DNA from: a virus
Taxonomy: Duplodnaviria; Caudoviricetes
Virus record (IMG/VR): IMGVR_UViG_3300042863_000477
Coordinates: 1 to 29,568 of that record
Length of the DNA: 29,568 bases
Strand: one strand, 5' to 3'
The notes under the pieces were generated by a model. It was not told where the DNA came from, did not search any database, and saw nothing but the letters and a program-made list of their open reading frames with translations. The translations under genes and the position numbers were made by a program. Shown here piece after piece: positions 1 to 9,219 of the stretch. The stretch's first letter is position 1; each line of letters opens with the position of its first letter.

Positions 1-156
1 GTAGCATTGCATACAACAACAGCAATTGCAGCAAATACAACAATTTATATTGATTGCAAGCAAGTAATTCCAGCAAATGCTACACCAAAAACAATTGTAG
101 GCGGAGCATCTGCTACAACAATTAATCTTCATATTAGCGGAATGGAGATTGTATAA
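1..156 (+). CDS. 3' end of a small virion structural/adaptor protein (partial)
   Basis: Frame 1 is open from base 1 (VALHTTTAIAANTTIYIDCKQVIP...INLHISGMEIV*). The stop TAA at 154-156 overlaps the next ATG (TAATG). Not in the ORF track. Confidence 0.75.
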   Translation, partial: VALHTTTAIAANTTIYIDCKQVIPANATPKTIVGGASATTINLHISGMEIV

Positions 157-665
157 TGGGTATTTCAGTAATTCCTGCGCCTAGCGCAGCAAGTAAAACT
201 AGATATATAACAACACTTACTTCTGGTACTTCTTATACTGTTCCCGCTGGTGTAACTTATATAAATGTTACATTGTTTGGCGGTGGCGGTGGCGCTGGCG
301 GTGGAAGAAATGGTGCAGGTTATGTTCCTCAACCTGGTCTTCCTGGTGTTGTTATTGCTAGTAATTTAGTAACTACTCCTGGTGACACAATAGCCTACGC
401 AATCGGTGCTGGTGGTACTGGTGGTACTTCTGGCGCTAGTGCTACTAGTGGTAGTGCTGGTGGCAATACAACATTTACTGGCGCAACTACTGCCACTGGT
501 GGCGATGGTGGTGCTAATGGAAAACTTGGTACTGGTGGTACTGGCACGGCTGGTGCGGGTGCTAATAATGGAGGCGGTGCTAGTGGACCTGGATTTGAAA
601 GCAATGCACCTGGTAATGGTGGTACTGGTGGTGCGGGCAAAATTGAAATTGAATACTGGGCATAG
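156..665 (+). CDS. Glycine-rich (polyglycine-II-type) fibre tip/adhesin-like protein, minimal form without FN3
   Basis: SGTSYTVPAGVTYINVTLFGGGGG...GGAGKIEIEYWA is the typical phage Gly-rich domain, framed by beta strands. Confidence 0.75.
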   Translation: MGISVIPAPSAASKTRYITTLTSGTSYTVPAGVTYINVTLFGGGGGAGGGRNGAGYVPQPGLPGVVIASNLVTTPGDTIAYAIGAGGTGGTSGASATSGSAGGNTTFTGATTATGGDGGANGKLGTGGTGTAGAGANNGGGASGPGFESNAPGNGGTGGAGKIEIEYWA

Positions 666-673
666 GAGATAAA

Positions 674-853
674 ATGAAACTATTTGCAGTTATTGAAAAC
701 AACACAGTAGTCAACATTATTGTTGGCGTAGAAGATGAAGTAGTTGCTGCTAACCCTGGCAAATATATTGAATATACAAATGGGTGGGACTATAATAATG
801 GTATTGATGGTGGAGTATTTTTTCCCGCCCCAATAGTAGAGGTGACTGAATAA
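674..853 (+). CDS. Small acidic protein (59 aa), putative fibre assembly chaperone/partner
   Basis: [66 protein letters not shown] at 664-668. N-terminus resembles the 2977 and 7285 genes. Missed by the ORF track. Confidence 0.8.
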   Translation: MKLFAVIENNTVVNIIVGVEDEVVAANPGKYIEYTNGWDYNNGIDGGVFFPAPIVEVTE

Positions 854-857
854 TATT

Positions 858-1376
858 ATGGGTAAAGTTGTTAGAGTATATGATGGAACAGCATGGCAAG
901 ATCTTGCTATTTCTACCCCCGTCGGTGCTCAGGGAACTACTGGCACACAGGGAACAACTGGCACCCAAGGAACTACTGGACCACAAGGAACTACTGGCGC
1001 ACAAGGAACTACAGGAGCTCAAGGAGCTACTGGTACACAGGGAACTACAGGAGCGCAGGGAACAACTGGGGCTCAAGGTACAACTGGCCAAGCAGCGCTT
1101 ACAAACTCTTCAATTAATTCAAATATAACGTTAGTAGCGGCAAATAGATATTTTGTAGATACAACAGCAGCAAGATCTTTAACGCTTCCAGTATCTCCAT
1201 CAGTAGGAGACGAAGTTCAAGTTTTAGATGCATCAGGAACGGCGGGAACGTATAATATTACAATAGTAAGCGGCGGTAAGATTAATGGAACAACACAAGA
1301 CGCAACTCTTGATGTAAATGGAGTAGCAGCAGTATTTGTATATACTGGATCTACATATGGATGGAGAATGGGATAA
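858..1376 (+). CDS. Collagen-like fibre stalk with C-terminal 'TLPxSP' adaptor domain
   Basis: 19 G-X-Y triplets (GTQ/GTT/GAQ), then [32 protein letters not shown]...[11 protein letters not shown], paralogous to 3386 and 5262. Confidence 0.8.
   Translation: MGKVVRVYDGTAWQDLAISTPVGAQGTTGTQGTTGTQGTTGPQGTTGAQGTTGAQGATGTQGTTGAQGTTGAQGTTGQAALTNSSINSNITLVAANRYFVDTTAARSLTLPVSPSVGDEVQVLDASGTAGTYNITIVSGGKINGTTQDATLDVNGVAAVFVYTGSTYGWRMG
924..1094 (+). repeat. Collagen-coding 9/18-bp degenerate tandem repeat
   Basis: Repeating GGN-(A/G)CN-CAR-GGA-ACN-ACN units. Confidence 0.9.
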
Positions 1377-2911
1377 TGACAATAAAATATTCAAGTTTAA
1401 GCGGAGTTCCAAAAGGAACTACTGCTAACCGTCCAGATTCTCCAGCTGTTGGCGATGTTTATTACAATGGAACATTAGGAATTATGGAAATTTACACGGC
1501 TACTGGATGGTCAGCGCTTGCAGGAATCGCACCAGACTCTCCTGTAGATGTCTCTGCCGTAGACATTGGCACAGGTATTGCTTATAGTACGGGTTCTGCA
1601 GATATATCATTTACTGCTGGTGGAGGCGGGCCTTCTACAAGCTTTATCGTTACTCCAACTCCAACAACCTCTCCAACGACATTTACTGGTACATCTTCTC
1701 CAGTAAGAGTGACTGGTTTAGAAAACGGAACTTCATACTCATTTACAATTCAATCAAGAAATGGAATTGGTACTTCTAATTCAAGTGCTGCTACTAATTC
1801 TATAACAGCTACATCAGTTCCAGCAGCTCCAGTATCTGTTACAGCAGTTCCAAGATCTAATAGCGCAATAGTTTCTTTCACTCCAGGAGCATCTGGCTCA
1901 AAAGCAATATCTTCATATACAGTTACATCATCTCCAGGAAATTTTACAGGTACAGGCGCATCTTCTCCCATAACAGTGACTGGTCTTACAAATAATACTG
2001 CTTACACATTTACAGTAACAGCAACAAACGCTAATGGAACATCAACTGCAAGTACTGCTAGCTCTTCAACAACACCCATACCTGCTACTTCTACAGTTGA
2101 ATATCTTGTAGTTGCAGGTGGAGGTGGCGGAGGAGTCGGATTTGCTGGCGGTGGAGGTGCAGGTGGATTTAGAACAGCATCTGACTTTGCAGTATCTTCT
2201 GGATCTGCTATTACAGTTACAGTAGGAGCTGGCGGCTCAGGTGGATATAATGCATACAGCGGATCCGACCCAACAAATGGAAATAATTCAGTATTTTCTA
2301 CAATAACCTCATTAGGTGGAGGATCTGGTGGATCTAACACTGATTGGGGAGTCTCTAAAGCGCCACAGGTAGGAGGCTCAGGAGGCGGACAAAGAGGCGG
2401 ACAAGGATCTGGAGCTGCTGGAACCGCAGGGCAAGGAAATGCGGGCGGAAATGCTGGCCCAAGCAATTCATACCCATCAGGCGGCGGCGGTGGTGGAGCT
2501 GGCGCAGTCGGCAGCAACGGCACTGGAACTACCTCTCCAAGCTCAACTGGTGGTGCTGGAGGAGCTGGAGCATCTTCTTCAATTACTGGATCTGCAATAA
2601 CATACGCTGGCGGAGGCGGCGGCGCAGGTGACGCAGGCGGCGGTGGAGCGGGTGGTTCGGGCGGAGGCGGCGCAGGAGTAAGAACTTACTATGGAACTCC
2701 AGCTAGTGGAACAGCAAATACTGGAGGCGGTGGAGGTGGCGGACAAAGTAGCACGCCTGCAGGAGCTGGAGCAGGCGGATCTGGAATAGTTATCATTAGA
2801 TATCCAAATACATTTTTAGATGCGGTATCTACAACAGGATCACCAACAATTACTAATACTGGTGGTTACAAAATTTATAAATGGACAGCATCAGGAAGTA
2901 TCACATTTTAA
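1376..2911 (+). CDS. FN3x2 + Gly-rich fibre/adhesin protein (tip type A)
   Basis: Start reassigned to ATG 1376 (TAATG overlap). GTTANRP..PAVGDVYYN module, two FN3 repeats (VTGLENGTSYSFTI, VTGLTNNTAYTFTVTATNANG), then VEYLVVAGGGGG...GSGIVIIRY...GGYKIYKWTASGSITF. Confidence 0.85.
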   Translation: MTIKYSSLSGVPKGTTANRPDSPAVGDVYYNGTLGIMEIYTATGWSALAGIAPDSPVDVSAVDIGTGIAYSTGSADISFTAGGGGPSTSFIVTPTPTTSPTTFTGTSSPVRVTGLENGTSYSFTIQSRNGIGTSNSSAATNSITATSVPAAPVSVTAVPRSNSAIVSFTPGASGSKAISSYTVTSSPGNFTGTGASSPITVTGLTNNTAYTFTVTATNANGTSTASTASSSTTPIPATSTVEYLVVAGGGGGGVGFAGGGGAGGFRTASDFAVSSGSAITVTVGAGGSGGYNAYSGSDPTNGNNSVFSTITSLGGGSGGSNTDWGVSKAPQVGGSGGGQRGGQGSGAAGTAGQGNAGGNAGPSNSYPSGGGGGGAGAVGSNGTGTTSPSSTGGAGGAGASSSITGSAITYAGGGGGAGDAGGGGAGGSGGGGAGVRTYYGTPASGTANTGGGGGGGQSSTPAGAGAGGSGIVIIRYPNTFLDAVSTTGSPTITNTGGYKIYKWTASGSITF

Positions 2912-2919
2912 TATATAGA

Positions 2920-2948
2920 TAGATTTAAGCATTAAATAATGCTAAAAT
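2920..2948 (+). promoter_or_regulatory. Putative extended -10 promoter (TGcTAAAAT) overlapped by the palindrome AGCATTA-aa-TAATGCT
   Basis: TAAAAT at 2943-2948 is preceded by TGc; SD AGGAGG at 2963-2968. Confidence 0.5.
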
Positions 2949-2976
2949 AAGACATACTAAACAGGAGGTAATAAAT

Positions 2977-3381
2977 ATGGCACATTGGGCCGAGTTAGAC
3001 GAAAATAATGTAGTAACAAGAGTTCTGGTAGGAGATAATAATGATCCAAATGGTGACGAAGGTTACCAATGGTTAATTGATAATCTGGGTGGAACTTGGG
3101 TAAAGACTTCATACAATTCAATTGCAGGAAAGCGTAGAAATCCTGAGACAAATGAAATTACAGATGAGGCGGGATTCCGAAAGAATTACGCAGGAATTGG
3201 TTATTCATATGATTCACAGAGAGACGCATTTATTCCGCCAAAGCCATTTGCTTCATGGATTCTAAATGAGGATACATGCAATTGGGCGGCACCAACAGAA
3301 ATGCCTGTTGAAGAAGGCAAGTACTTTACATGGAATGAAGAAACAGTATCATGGGAATCTCATGATATTCCTACAGAATAA
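2977..3381 (+). CDS. Small acidic phage protein (MAHWA family), putative fibre assembly chaperone
   Basis: MAHWAELDENNVVTRVLVG...WVKTSYN...FRKNYAGIGYSYD..RDAFIPPKPF; strong SD; paralogue of 7285. Confidence 0.75.
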   Translation: MAHWAELDENNVVTRVLVGDNNDPNGDEGYQWLIDNLGGTWVKTSYNSIAGKRRNPETNEITDEAGFRKNYAGIGYSYDSQRDAFIPPKPFASWILNEDTCNWAAPTEMPVEEGKYFTWNEETVSWESHDIPTE

Positions 3382-3385
3382 TTAA

Positions 3386-3763
3386 ATGACAAGAAGCAGA
3401 GATGTAGCAGATATATTAAATGCAGCCAACGTGTTGGCTACAGATGTAGAAGTTGCTGCTCTATTAGCAGGATATAAGCAAGAAACAACTTCTGCTATAT
3501 CCTCTAATACAAATTTAGTGGTAAATAAAAGATACACTGTTACATCCGCTTCTGCTTTAACTTTAACATTGCCAGCATCACCAGCAGTAAATAATCAGAT
3601 TGATATATTTGATGCATCAGGAAATGCCGCAACGTATAATATAACAATAGCAAGAAACGGTAATTTAATTAACGGAAATGCAGGAAATTTTATAATTGAC
3701 GCCAATGGTTATTGGGCCTCTTTAGTTTATACAGGCGCTACATATGGCTGGAAGGTTGGATAA
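3386..3763 (+). CDS. Short fibre stalk/adaptor (MTRSRD anchor + TLPASP domain)
   Basis: LTLTLPASPAVNNQIDIFDASGNAATYNITI...YTGATYGWKVG; TAATG-coupled to the next gene. Confidence 0.8.
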   Translation: MTRSRDVADILNAANVLATDVEVAALLAGYKQETTSAISSNTNLVVNKRYTVTSASALTLTLPASPAVNNQIDIFDASGNAATYNITIARNGNLINGNAGNFIIDANGYWASLVYTGATYGWKVG

Positions 3764-5205
3764 TGGCAGACATCAAAGCAAGTAGTTTAGGTGGAGTTCC
3801 AAAAGGAGCTACTGCAAACCGTCCAGATCCAGCTGCAATTGGTGACGTATTTTACAATGGCACGTTAGGTCAAATGGAAATTTATACAGACAGCGGATGG
3901 TACGCTGAAGGAGCACCAGCTCTTTCTCCAACTTCTATGTCAGCATCTAACACTCCTGCTGGACGTGCATACAATAATGGTCTAGCAACTGTTTCATTTT
4001 CTGCAAACCCACTAGGTGGAATTCCAGTTACATATACAGTAACATCTTCCCCAGGTTCATTTACTGGAACTGGAACTTCTTCTCCAATTACTGTAGCAGG
4101 ACTACAATCAAATACTGCTTACACATTTACAAATATTGCAACAAATAGTTATGGTGTTAGTCAGGCATCGTCTGCTACATCATCAATTACAGCAACAACA
4201 GTTCCACAGGCTCCTACCATTGGAACCGCCACAGCAACTGGTTCAACTGGAACAGTATCATTAACTTTTACAGCAGGAGCAACTGGTGGATCATCAATTA
4301 CTAATTATAAATATTCAACTGATGGAACAACATATACTGCATTTTCATCAGCACAAACCACAAGCCCATTAACTATTACAGGTCTTACAGATGCTACTTC
4401 TTATACATTTTATTTAAAAGCTGTAAATGCAAACGGTGATTCTTCTGCAAGCTCAGTATCTAATTCTGCAACTCCTGGTGTATTTTCATTATTATCAGTT
4501 ACATCAAACGGCCTAGTCACATCAGATTCAACATATTATTACAGAACATTTACAGCAAACTCATCATTAACGGTTCAGGGAGCAACACTTGTTTCTGATG
4601 TATTAGTAATTGCTGGTGGCGGAGGAGGAGGAAACCCTTGGGCATCAACAGGCGCTAAAGGTGGAGGATCTGGTGGTGGAACCTTATTTTCTAGCCAATC
4701 TATCCCCGCATCAACAGTTGCAATAACAGTTGGCGGAGGAGGCGGCGGAGGAATTGCAAATAATGGTGGAAGTGCAACTAAAGGAATTAATTCTCAGTTT
4801 GGAGCTTTAACTTCTGTAGAGGGCGGAGGAGTTGCAACTAATGGTGGTGATATTACTGGAGGAAGAAATCCTGGATACGGATTAGGAACCCCAGCAAACA
4901 CAACTATTGATGGAACAAATGCATACTCTTCCTGGGCACCAGTAACTGCATTAGGATATTCAGGATATATTGGTGGAGGTGGAAATTTTGGACATGGCGG
5001 AGGTAGTTCAGATTCACCAGGAGGCTTAGGCGGAGGAGGAAAAGGATCTTCTTATTATGGAGTCACTGGAGGACCAACTGGAGGAGCAGCAAACACTGGA
5101 TCTGGTGGCGGAGGAGCAGGCGGCGGTAATGGTGGACAGAGTGGTGCTGGCGGAGGATCAGGAATTATCATAATGCGTTACTTAAAAGCAGCAGTTGGTG
5201 GATAG
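3763..5205 (+). CDS. FN3x2 + Gly-rich fibre/adhesin protein (tip type B)
   Basis: Start reassigned to ATG 3763 (MADIKASSLGGVPKG). Two FN3 repeats, SDSTYYYRTF strand before the Gly-rich domain, ends RYLKAAVGG. Confidence 0.85.
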   Translation: MADIKASSLGGVPKGATANRPDPAAIGDVFYNGTLGQMEIYTDSGWYAEGAPALSPTSMSASNTPAGRAYNNGLATVSFSANPLGGIPVTYTVTSSPGSFTGTGTSSPITVAGLQSNTAYTFTNIATNSYGVSQASSATSSITATTVPQAPTIGTATATGSTGTVSLTFTAGATGGSSITNYKYSTDGTTYTAFSSAQTTSPLTITGLTDATSYTFYLKAVNANGDSSASSVSNSATPGVFSLLSVTSNGLVTSDSTYYYRTFTANSSLTVQGATLVSDVLVIAGGGGGGNPWASTGAKGGGSGGGTLFSSQSIPASTVAITVGGGGGGGIANNGGSATKGINSQFGALTSVEGGGVATNGGDITGGRNPGYGLGTPANTTIDGTNAYSSWAPVTALGYSGYIGGGGNFGHGGGSSDSPGGLGGGGKGSSYYGVTGGPTGGAANTGSGGGGAGGGNGGQSGAGGGSGIIIMRYLKAAVGG

Positions 5206-5218
5206 TTTAATTTAATAC

Positions 5219-5261
5219 TGATATAATATAATATATATAACTAGGGGATACGTGAACTAAG
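5219..5261 (+). promoter_or_regulatory. Extended -10 promoter TGaTATAAT plus leader motif TAGGGGATACGTGAAC
   Basis: TATAAT at 5222-5227; motif at 5242-5257 recurs at 9925-9940. Confidence 0.55.
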
Positions 5262-5744
5262 TTGGCAGATAAAGATTTTAAAGTTAAATCAGGACTAGAT
5301 CTTGGTACCCCGCTTCCCTTAACAGAGGGCGGAACAGGACAAACATCTGCCACTAATGCTCTTAATGCATTACTTCCAGTACAAACATCAGCAAATGAAC
5401 AATATTTAAAATCGGACGGAACCAATGCAACTTGGTCATCTATAGTATCTTCATATGTTGCTATGCCAGCTACTGCTGTATCATCTAATGTAACTTTATC
5501 TGCAAACAATCAATATTTTGTAGACACAACATCTGCTAGAACACTTACTCTTCCCGCCTCACCTTCAACAGGTGATCAGATTTATATTTTTGATGCTTCA
5601 AATAATGCATTAACAAATAATATTACAGTTTTGCCAAATAGCAATAAAGTGCAGGGATCAGTTCAAAATCTTATTATTGATTCAAATGCAGCAACTGTAG
5701 CATTAACATATACTGGATCATCATATGGGTGGGCGGTTAATTAA
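5262..5744 (+). CDS. Fibre stalk/adaptor (KDFKVK anchor + TLPASP domain), TTG start
   Basis: MADKDFKVKSGL...LPLTEGGTG N-terminus is shared with 9945/11714/13477; C-terminal domain is shared with 858/3386. Confidence 0.8.
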   Translation: MADKDFKVKSGLDLGTPLPLTEGGTGQTSATNALNALLPVQTSANEQYLKSDGTNATWSSIVSSYVAMPATAVSSNVTLSANNQYFVDTTSARTLTLPASPSTGDQIYIFDASNNALTNNITVLPNSNKVQGSVQNLIIDSNAATVALTYTGSSYGWAVN

Positions 5745-7285
5745 TGGCTATTAATTATTCTATTATAAATGGTATTAAATATTTAGCAGGTACTACTGCT
5801 TCCCGCCCAGCAAATCCAGTAGATGGATCAACATATTTTAATACAACCCTTGGATCATTACAAATTTATCAAAATAGTGAATGGTATGCATTTCAATCTG
5901 TTGTTGCTCCATCTGTTCCTACCTCTGTTGTTGCAACAAATGTTGGAACAGGTAGAGCATATAATAATGGATCTGCATCTGTAGCATTTTCTCCAGTTAC
6001 AGAAACTGGCGGGGCACCCGCAAGTTTTACTGTAACATCAACACCAGGTTCATATACAGCAAGTGGAACAAGTTCTCCAATTGTTGTAACAGGTTTACAA
6101 TCATCAACTGGATATACATATGCAGTTACTGCAACAAATAGCGCAGGAACATCTTCTGCAAGTTCTTCATCATCTTCAGTTACCGCCACAACGGTGCCAC
6201 AGGCACCTACAATTGGCGCAGCTACTGGAGCAAATGAAAGCGCAACCGTAGCATATACAGCAGGAGCAACAGGCGGTTCTGCTGTTACAGAATATAGAGC
6301 AACTTCTTCCCCAGGTGGATTTACAGGAACTGGTTCATCACCAATTACAGTTTCAGGTTTAACAAATGGAACAGCTTATACTTTTACGGTCACTGCAACA
6401 AATGCAAATGGAATTTCTGCAGCAAGCGCTGCAAGTGCTTCTGTTACACCATTTTCAGGCTTCCTTGTTGACTATCTTGTTATCGGCGGTGGTGGTTCTG
6501 GTGGCGTTGGCGGTGGCGGAGGTGCAGGTGGATATCGTACATCTATTGGTGGTTCACCCCTAGTAGTTGATGGAAATAATGTAACGGTTACTATTGGTGC
6601 TGGTGCTACTGGTATAAGCAGCGGAACAGGTGTCTCTGGTTCTCCAAGTGTGTTTTCAACAATATCATCTGCAGGTGGTGGCGGAGGTACTGGAGACGCT
6701 GCTGGTTTTAATGGTGGTTCAGGCGGTGGCGCAGGTGGACCTGGTTTTAATGGTGGTCTTGGTAATACTCCTTCAACTTCTCCTTCGCAAGGAAACAACG
6801 GTGGTACTGGACTTGGGACTAACGTTCAACAAGCAGGTGGAGGTGGCGGTGGAGCAGGTGGAGTTGGTGATAATGCTAGTTCAACTAGTGCTGCAGGTAA
6901 TGGTGGAGCAGGTGCATCTAACTCGATTACAGGTTCAGCAGTAACACGAGCAGGTGGCGGTGGTGGCGGTGCTTATTTATTTAATGGCACAGGTTCATTC
7001 GGTACTGGTGGTTCTGGTGGTGGCGGTCGTGGTGGAGTTAATAACAATCCAGCGATAAGCGGTACTGAAAATACAGGTTCAGGCGGTGGCGGTTCGGGTT
7101 GGTCATCCAACGGTAACCTTGCTGGTGTTCAAGGCTCTGGCGGATCAGGAATTGTTATTCTTAAATATGCTGACACTAAAACAATTACAGTTGGTGCAGG
7201 GTTAACAGGTTCAACAGCTGCACCAAGTGGTGGCTACAAAGTAACAACAATTACCGCTGGTACAGGAAATGTGAGTTGGGTATAA
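5744..7285 (+). CDS. FN3x2 + Gly-rich fibre/adhesin protein (tip type A)
   Basis: GTTASRP module, two FN3 repeats, VDYLVIGGGG...GSGIVILKY...GGYKVTTITAGTGNVSWV. Confidence 0.85.
   Translation: MAINYSIINGIKYLAGTTASRPANPVDGSTYFNTTLGSLQIYQNSEWYAFQSVVAPSVPTSVVATNVGTGRAYNNGSASVAFSPVTETGGAPASFTVTSTPGSYTASGTSSPIVVTGLQSSTGYTYAVTATNSAGTSSASSSSSSVTATTVPQAPTIGAATGANESATVAYTAGATGGSAVTEYRATSSPGGFTGTGSSPITVSGLTNGTAYTFTVTATNANGISAASAASASVTPFSGFLVDYLVIGGGGSGGVGGGGGAGGYRTSIGGSPLVVDGNNVTVTIGAGATGISSGTGVSGSPSVFSTISSAGGGGGTGDAAGFNGGSGGGAGGPGFNGGLGNTPSTSPSQGNNGGTGLGTNVQQAGGGGGGAGGVGDNASSTSAAGNGGAGASNSITGSAVTRAGGGGGGAYLFNGTGSFGTGGSGGGGRGGVNNNPAISGTENTGSGGGGSGWSSNGNLAGVQGSGGSGIVILKYADTKTITVGAGLTGSTAAPSGGYKVTTITAGTGNVSWV
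6319..6404 (+). repeat. 86-bp exact direct repeat, copy 1 (copy 2 at 8167-8252)
   Basis: Base-by-base identity atttacaggaactggttcatcacc...gcaacaaatg in the second FN3 of both genes. Confidence 0.9.
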
Positions 7286-7599
7286 TGGCACATTACGCTT
7301 TTTTAGATAATAACAATATAGTAACAGAAGTTATTACTGGCATTGACGAAACAGAACTTATTGAAGGATTAGATACTGAAACTTGGTATGGCAACTTTAG
7401 AGGCCAAACCTGTAAGCGTACAAGTTACAATAACAATATAAGATTTAACTTTGCTGGAATTGGTTTTTCATATGACAGTAATCGTGATGCATTTATTTCA
7501 CCAAAGGCTAACTGTCACGATGAAGAAACCCTTAATGAAACAACTTGTCGTTGGACTTGTTCTAACACTGAACACAATGGAGGAACTAATGACATCTAA
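7285..7599 (+). CDS. Small acidic phage protein (MAHYA family), putative fibre chaperone
   Basis: Start reassigned to ATG 7285 (TAATG). MAHYAFLDNNNIVTEVITG...CKRTSYN..IRFNFAGIGFSYD..RDAFISPK. Confidence 0.75.
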   Translation: MAHYAFLDNNNIVTEVITGIDETELIEGLDTETWYGNFRGQTCKRTSYNNNIRFNFAGIGFSYDSNRDAFISPKANCHDEETLNETTCRWTCSNTEHNGGTNDI

Positions 7600-9163
7600 T
7601 TTCTCAAAGAAAAATACTTTTATATATCCATCAGGAACTACTGCAGATCGCCCATCTGCTGTAAATAATGGATTTATTTATTTTAATACAACAGTGGGCG
7701 CATTGCAGATTTATCAGAATGGTTCTTGGTATGTATTAACTAATATAAATGCGCCAGGTGCACCAACTTCTGTTGTTGCAACAAATCAAGGAAGTGGGCG
7801 GCCATATAATAATGGACAAGCGTCTATTGCATTTACTCCCGCTACAGAAACATTTGGTTTTCCTGCAATATATACAGTAACTCCAACACCTACTACATCT
7901 CCCGCCACATTTACAGGAACCTCAACTCCAATTCTTGCAACTGGATTATCATCATCTCAATCTTATACATATACAGTTTCTGCTACAAATAATACAGGAA
8001 CATCTTCTGCAAGTTCTGCCTCATCAGGTGTTACTGCAACGACAGTTCCACAGGCACCTACAATTGGCGCAGTTACTGGAGGAAATGCAACTGCAACTGT
8101 AGCATATACAGCAAATGGTACTGGTGGAGAATCTGTAACATATACAGCAACTTCATCTCCTGGTTCATTTACAGGAACTGGTTCATCACCAATTACAGTT
8201 TCAGGTTTAACAAATGGAACAGCTTATACTTTTACGGTCACTGCAACAAATGTAAACGGAACTTCTGCGTCAAGTAGCGCAAGCAGTAGTGTAACTCCAA
8301 CCTCATCATTTTTAATAGATTATGTTCTTCTTGCAGGCGGTGGCGGCGGAGGAGGCGTAACCGCATATTCTTCAGGCGGAGCAGGTGGAGGAGCTGGAGG
8401 CTATAGATATTTTACAGGCCAATCAGTAACTGGTGGAGTAACATATAGTATTAACGTTGGTGCTGGAGGTGCAGGAGGAAGCGGTGCAGTTAGAGGAAGT
8501 GTTGGTGTAACTACTTCAGCTTTTACGAATAGTTCTAGTGGCGGTGGCGGAGGTGGAGCACAAGCATCAGGAGAAACATCTGGAGGTTCTGGTGGTTCTG
8601 GAGGCGGAGCAACTGGTGGATCTGGAACAGTTGGAACTGGAAACGCAGGAGGATATTCTCCATCAGAAGGCAATAATGGTGGACTATACCACGCTACTGC
8701 TTCAGACAGCGCTGGAGGAGGTGGAGGTTCAACATCTGTTGGAGGAAATGCAGGTCCCTCTACTGGATCATATAATGAAATAGGAGTTGGAGGCGTTGGA
8801 GGCAGCGGAACTCAAAATCCAATTACTTCAGTATTTTATGCAGGTGGTGGCGGTGGCGGATTTTATGCAGGTTGGCCATCATATACTGGAACTGGCGGCG
8901 CAGGCGGAGCTGGAGGAGGAGCAACTGCACCTAGCTCAAGAACAAACGGTAATAATGGAACAACCAATACAGGTGGTGGTGGTTCTGGAGCTACAGGTGG
9001 AGCTCAATCTACATCGACATTAGTTGGAGGAAGCGGAGGCTCAGGAAGAGTAATCATAAAATCACCAGTAGCAGCAGCATCTACTTCAGGAACTCCTTCA
9101 TCTTCAACAAGCGGTGGATATTACATTTATCAATTTTTAAATAACGGAACAATTACATTTTAA
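7589..9163 (+). CDS. FN3x2 + Gly-rich fibre/adhesin protein (tip type A)
   Basis: Start reassigned to ATG 7589 behind SD GGAGG (7579-7583). GTTADRP module, two FN3 repeats, IDYVLLAGGGGG...GGYYIYQFLNNGTITF. Confidence 0.85.
   Translation: MTSNFSKKNTFIYPSGTTADRPSAVNNGFIYFNTTVGALQIYQNGSWYVLTNINAPGAPTSVVATNQGSGRPYNNGQASIAFTPATETFGFPAIYTVTPTPTTSPATFTGTSTPILATGLSSSQSYTYTVSATNNTGTSSASSASSGVTATTVPQAPTIGAVTGGNATATVAYTANGTGGESVTYTATSSPGSFTGTGSSPITVSGLTNGTAYTFTVTATNVNGTSASSSASSSVTPTSSFLIDYVLLAGGGGGGGVTAYSSGGAGGGAGGYRYFTGQSVTGGVTYSINVGAGGAGGSGAVRGSVGVTTSAFTNSSSGGGGGGAQASGETSGGSGGSGGGATGGSGTVGTGNAGGYSPSEGNNGGLYHATASDSAGGGGGSTSVGGNAGPSTGSYNEIGVGGVGGSGTQNPITSVFYAGGGGGGFYAGWPSYTGTGGAGGAGGGATAPSSRTNGNNGTTNTGGGGSGATGGAQSTSTLVGGSGGSGRVIIKSPVAAASTSGTPSSSTSGGYYIYQFLNNGTITF
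8167..8252 (+). repeat. 86-bp exact direct repeat, copy 2
   Basis: Identical to 6319-6404. Confidence 0.9.
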
Positions 9164-9167
9164 TCTA

Positions 9168-9196
9168 TTTACATTATTTAATTATTATTGTATAAT
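9168..9196 (+). promoter_or_regulatory. Sigma70/SigA-like promoter TTTACA-17-TATAAT
   Basis: -35 at 9168-9173 and -10 at 9191-9196, in the intergenic gap. Confidence 0.7.
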
Positions 9197-9219
9197 TAAA
9201 AAAACAGATAAGGATTATC

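Noticed and set aside
7451-7588. Upstream extension of the 7589 ORF suggesting a frameshift fusion with 7285
   Set aside because: No convincing slippery site or stimulator; a good SD and ATG at 7589 match the paralogue starts.
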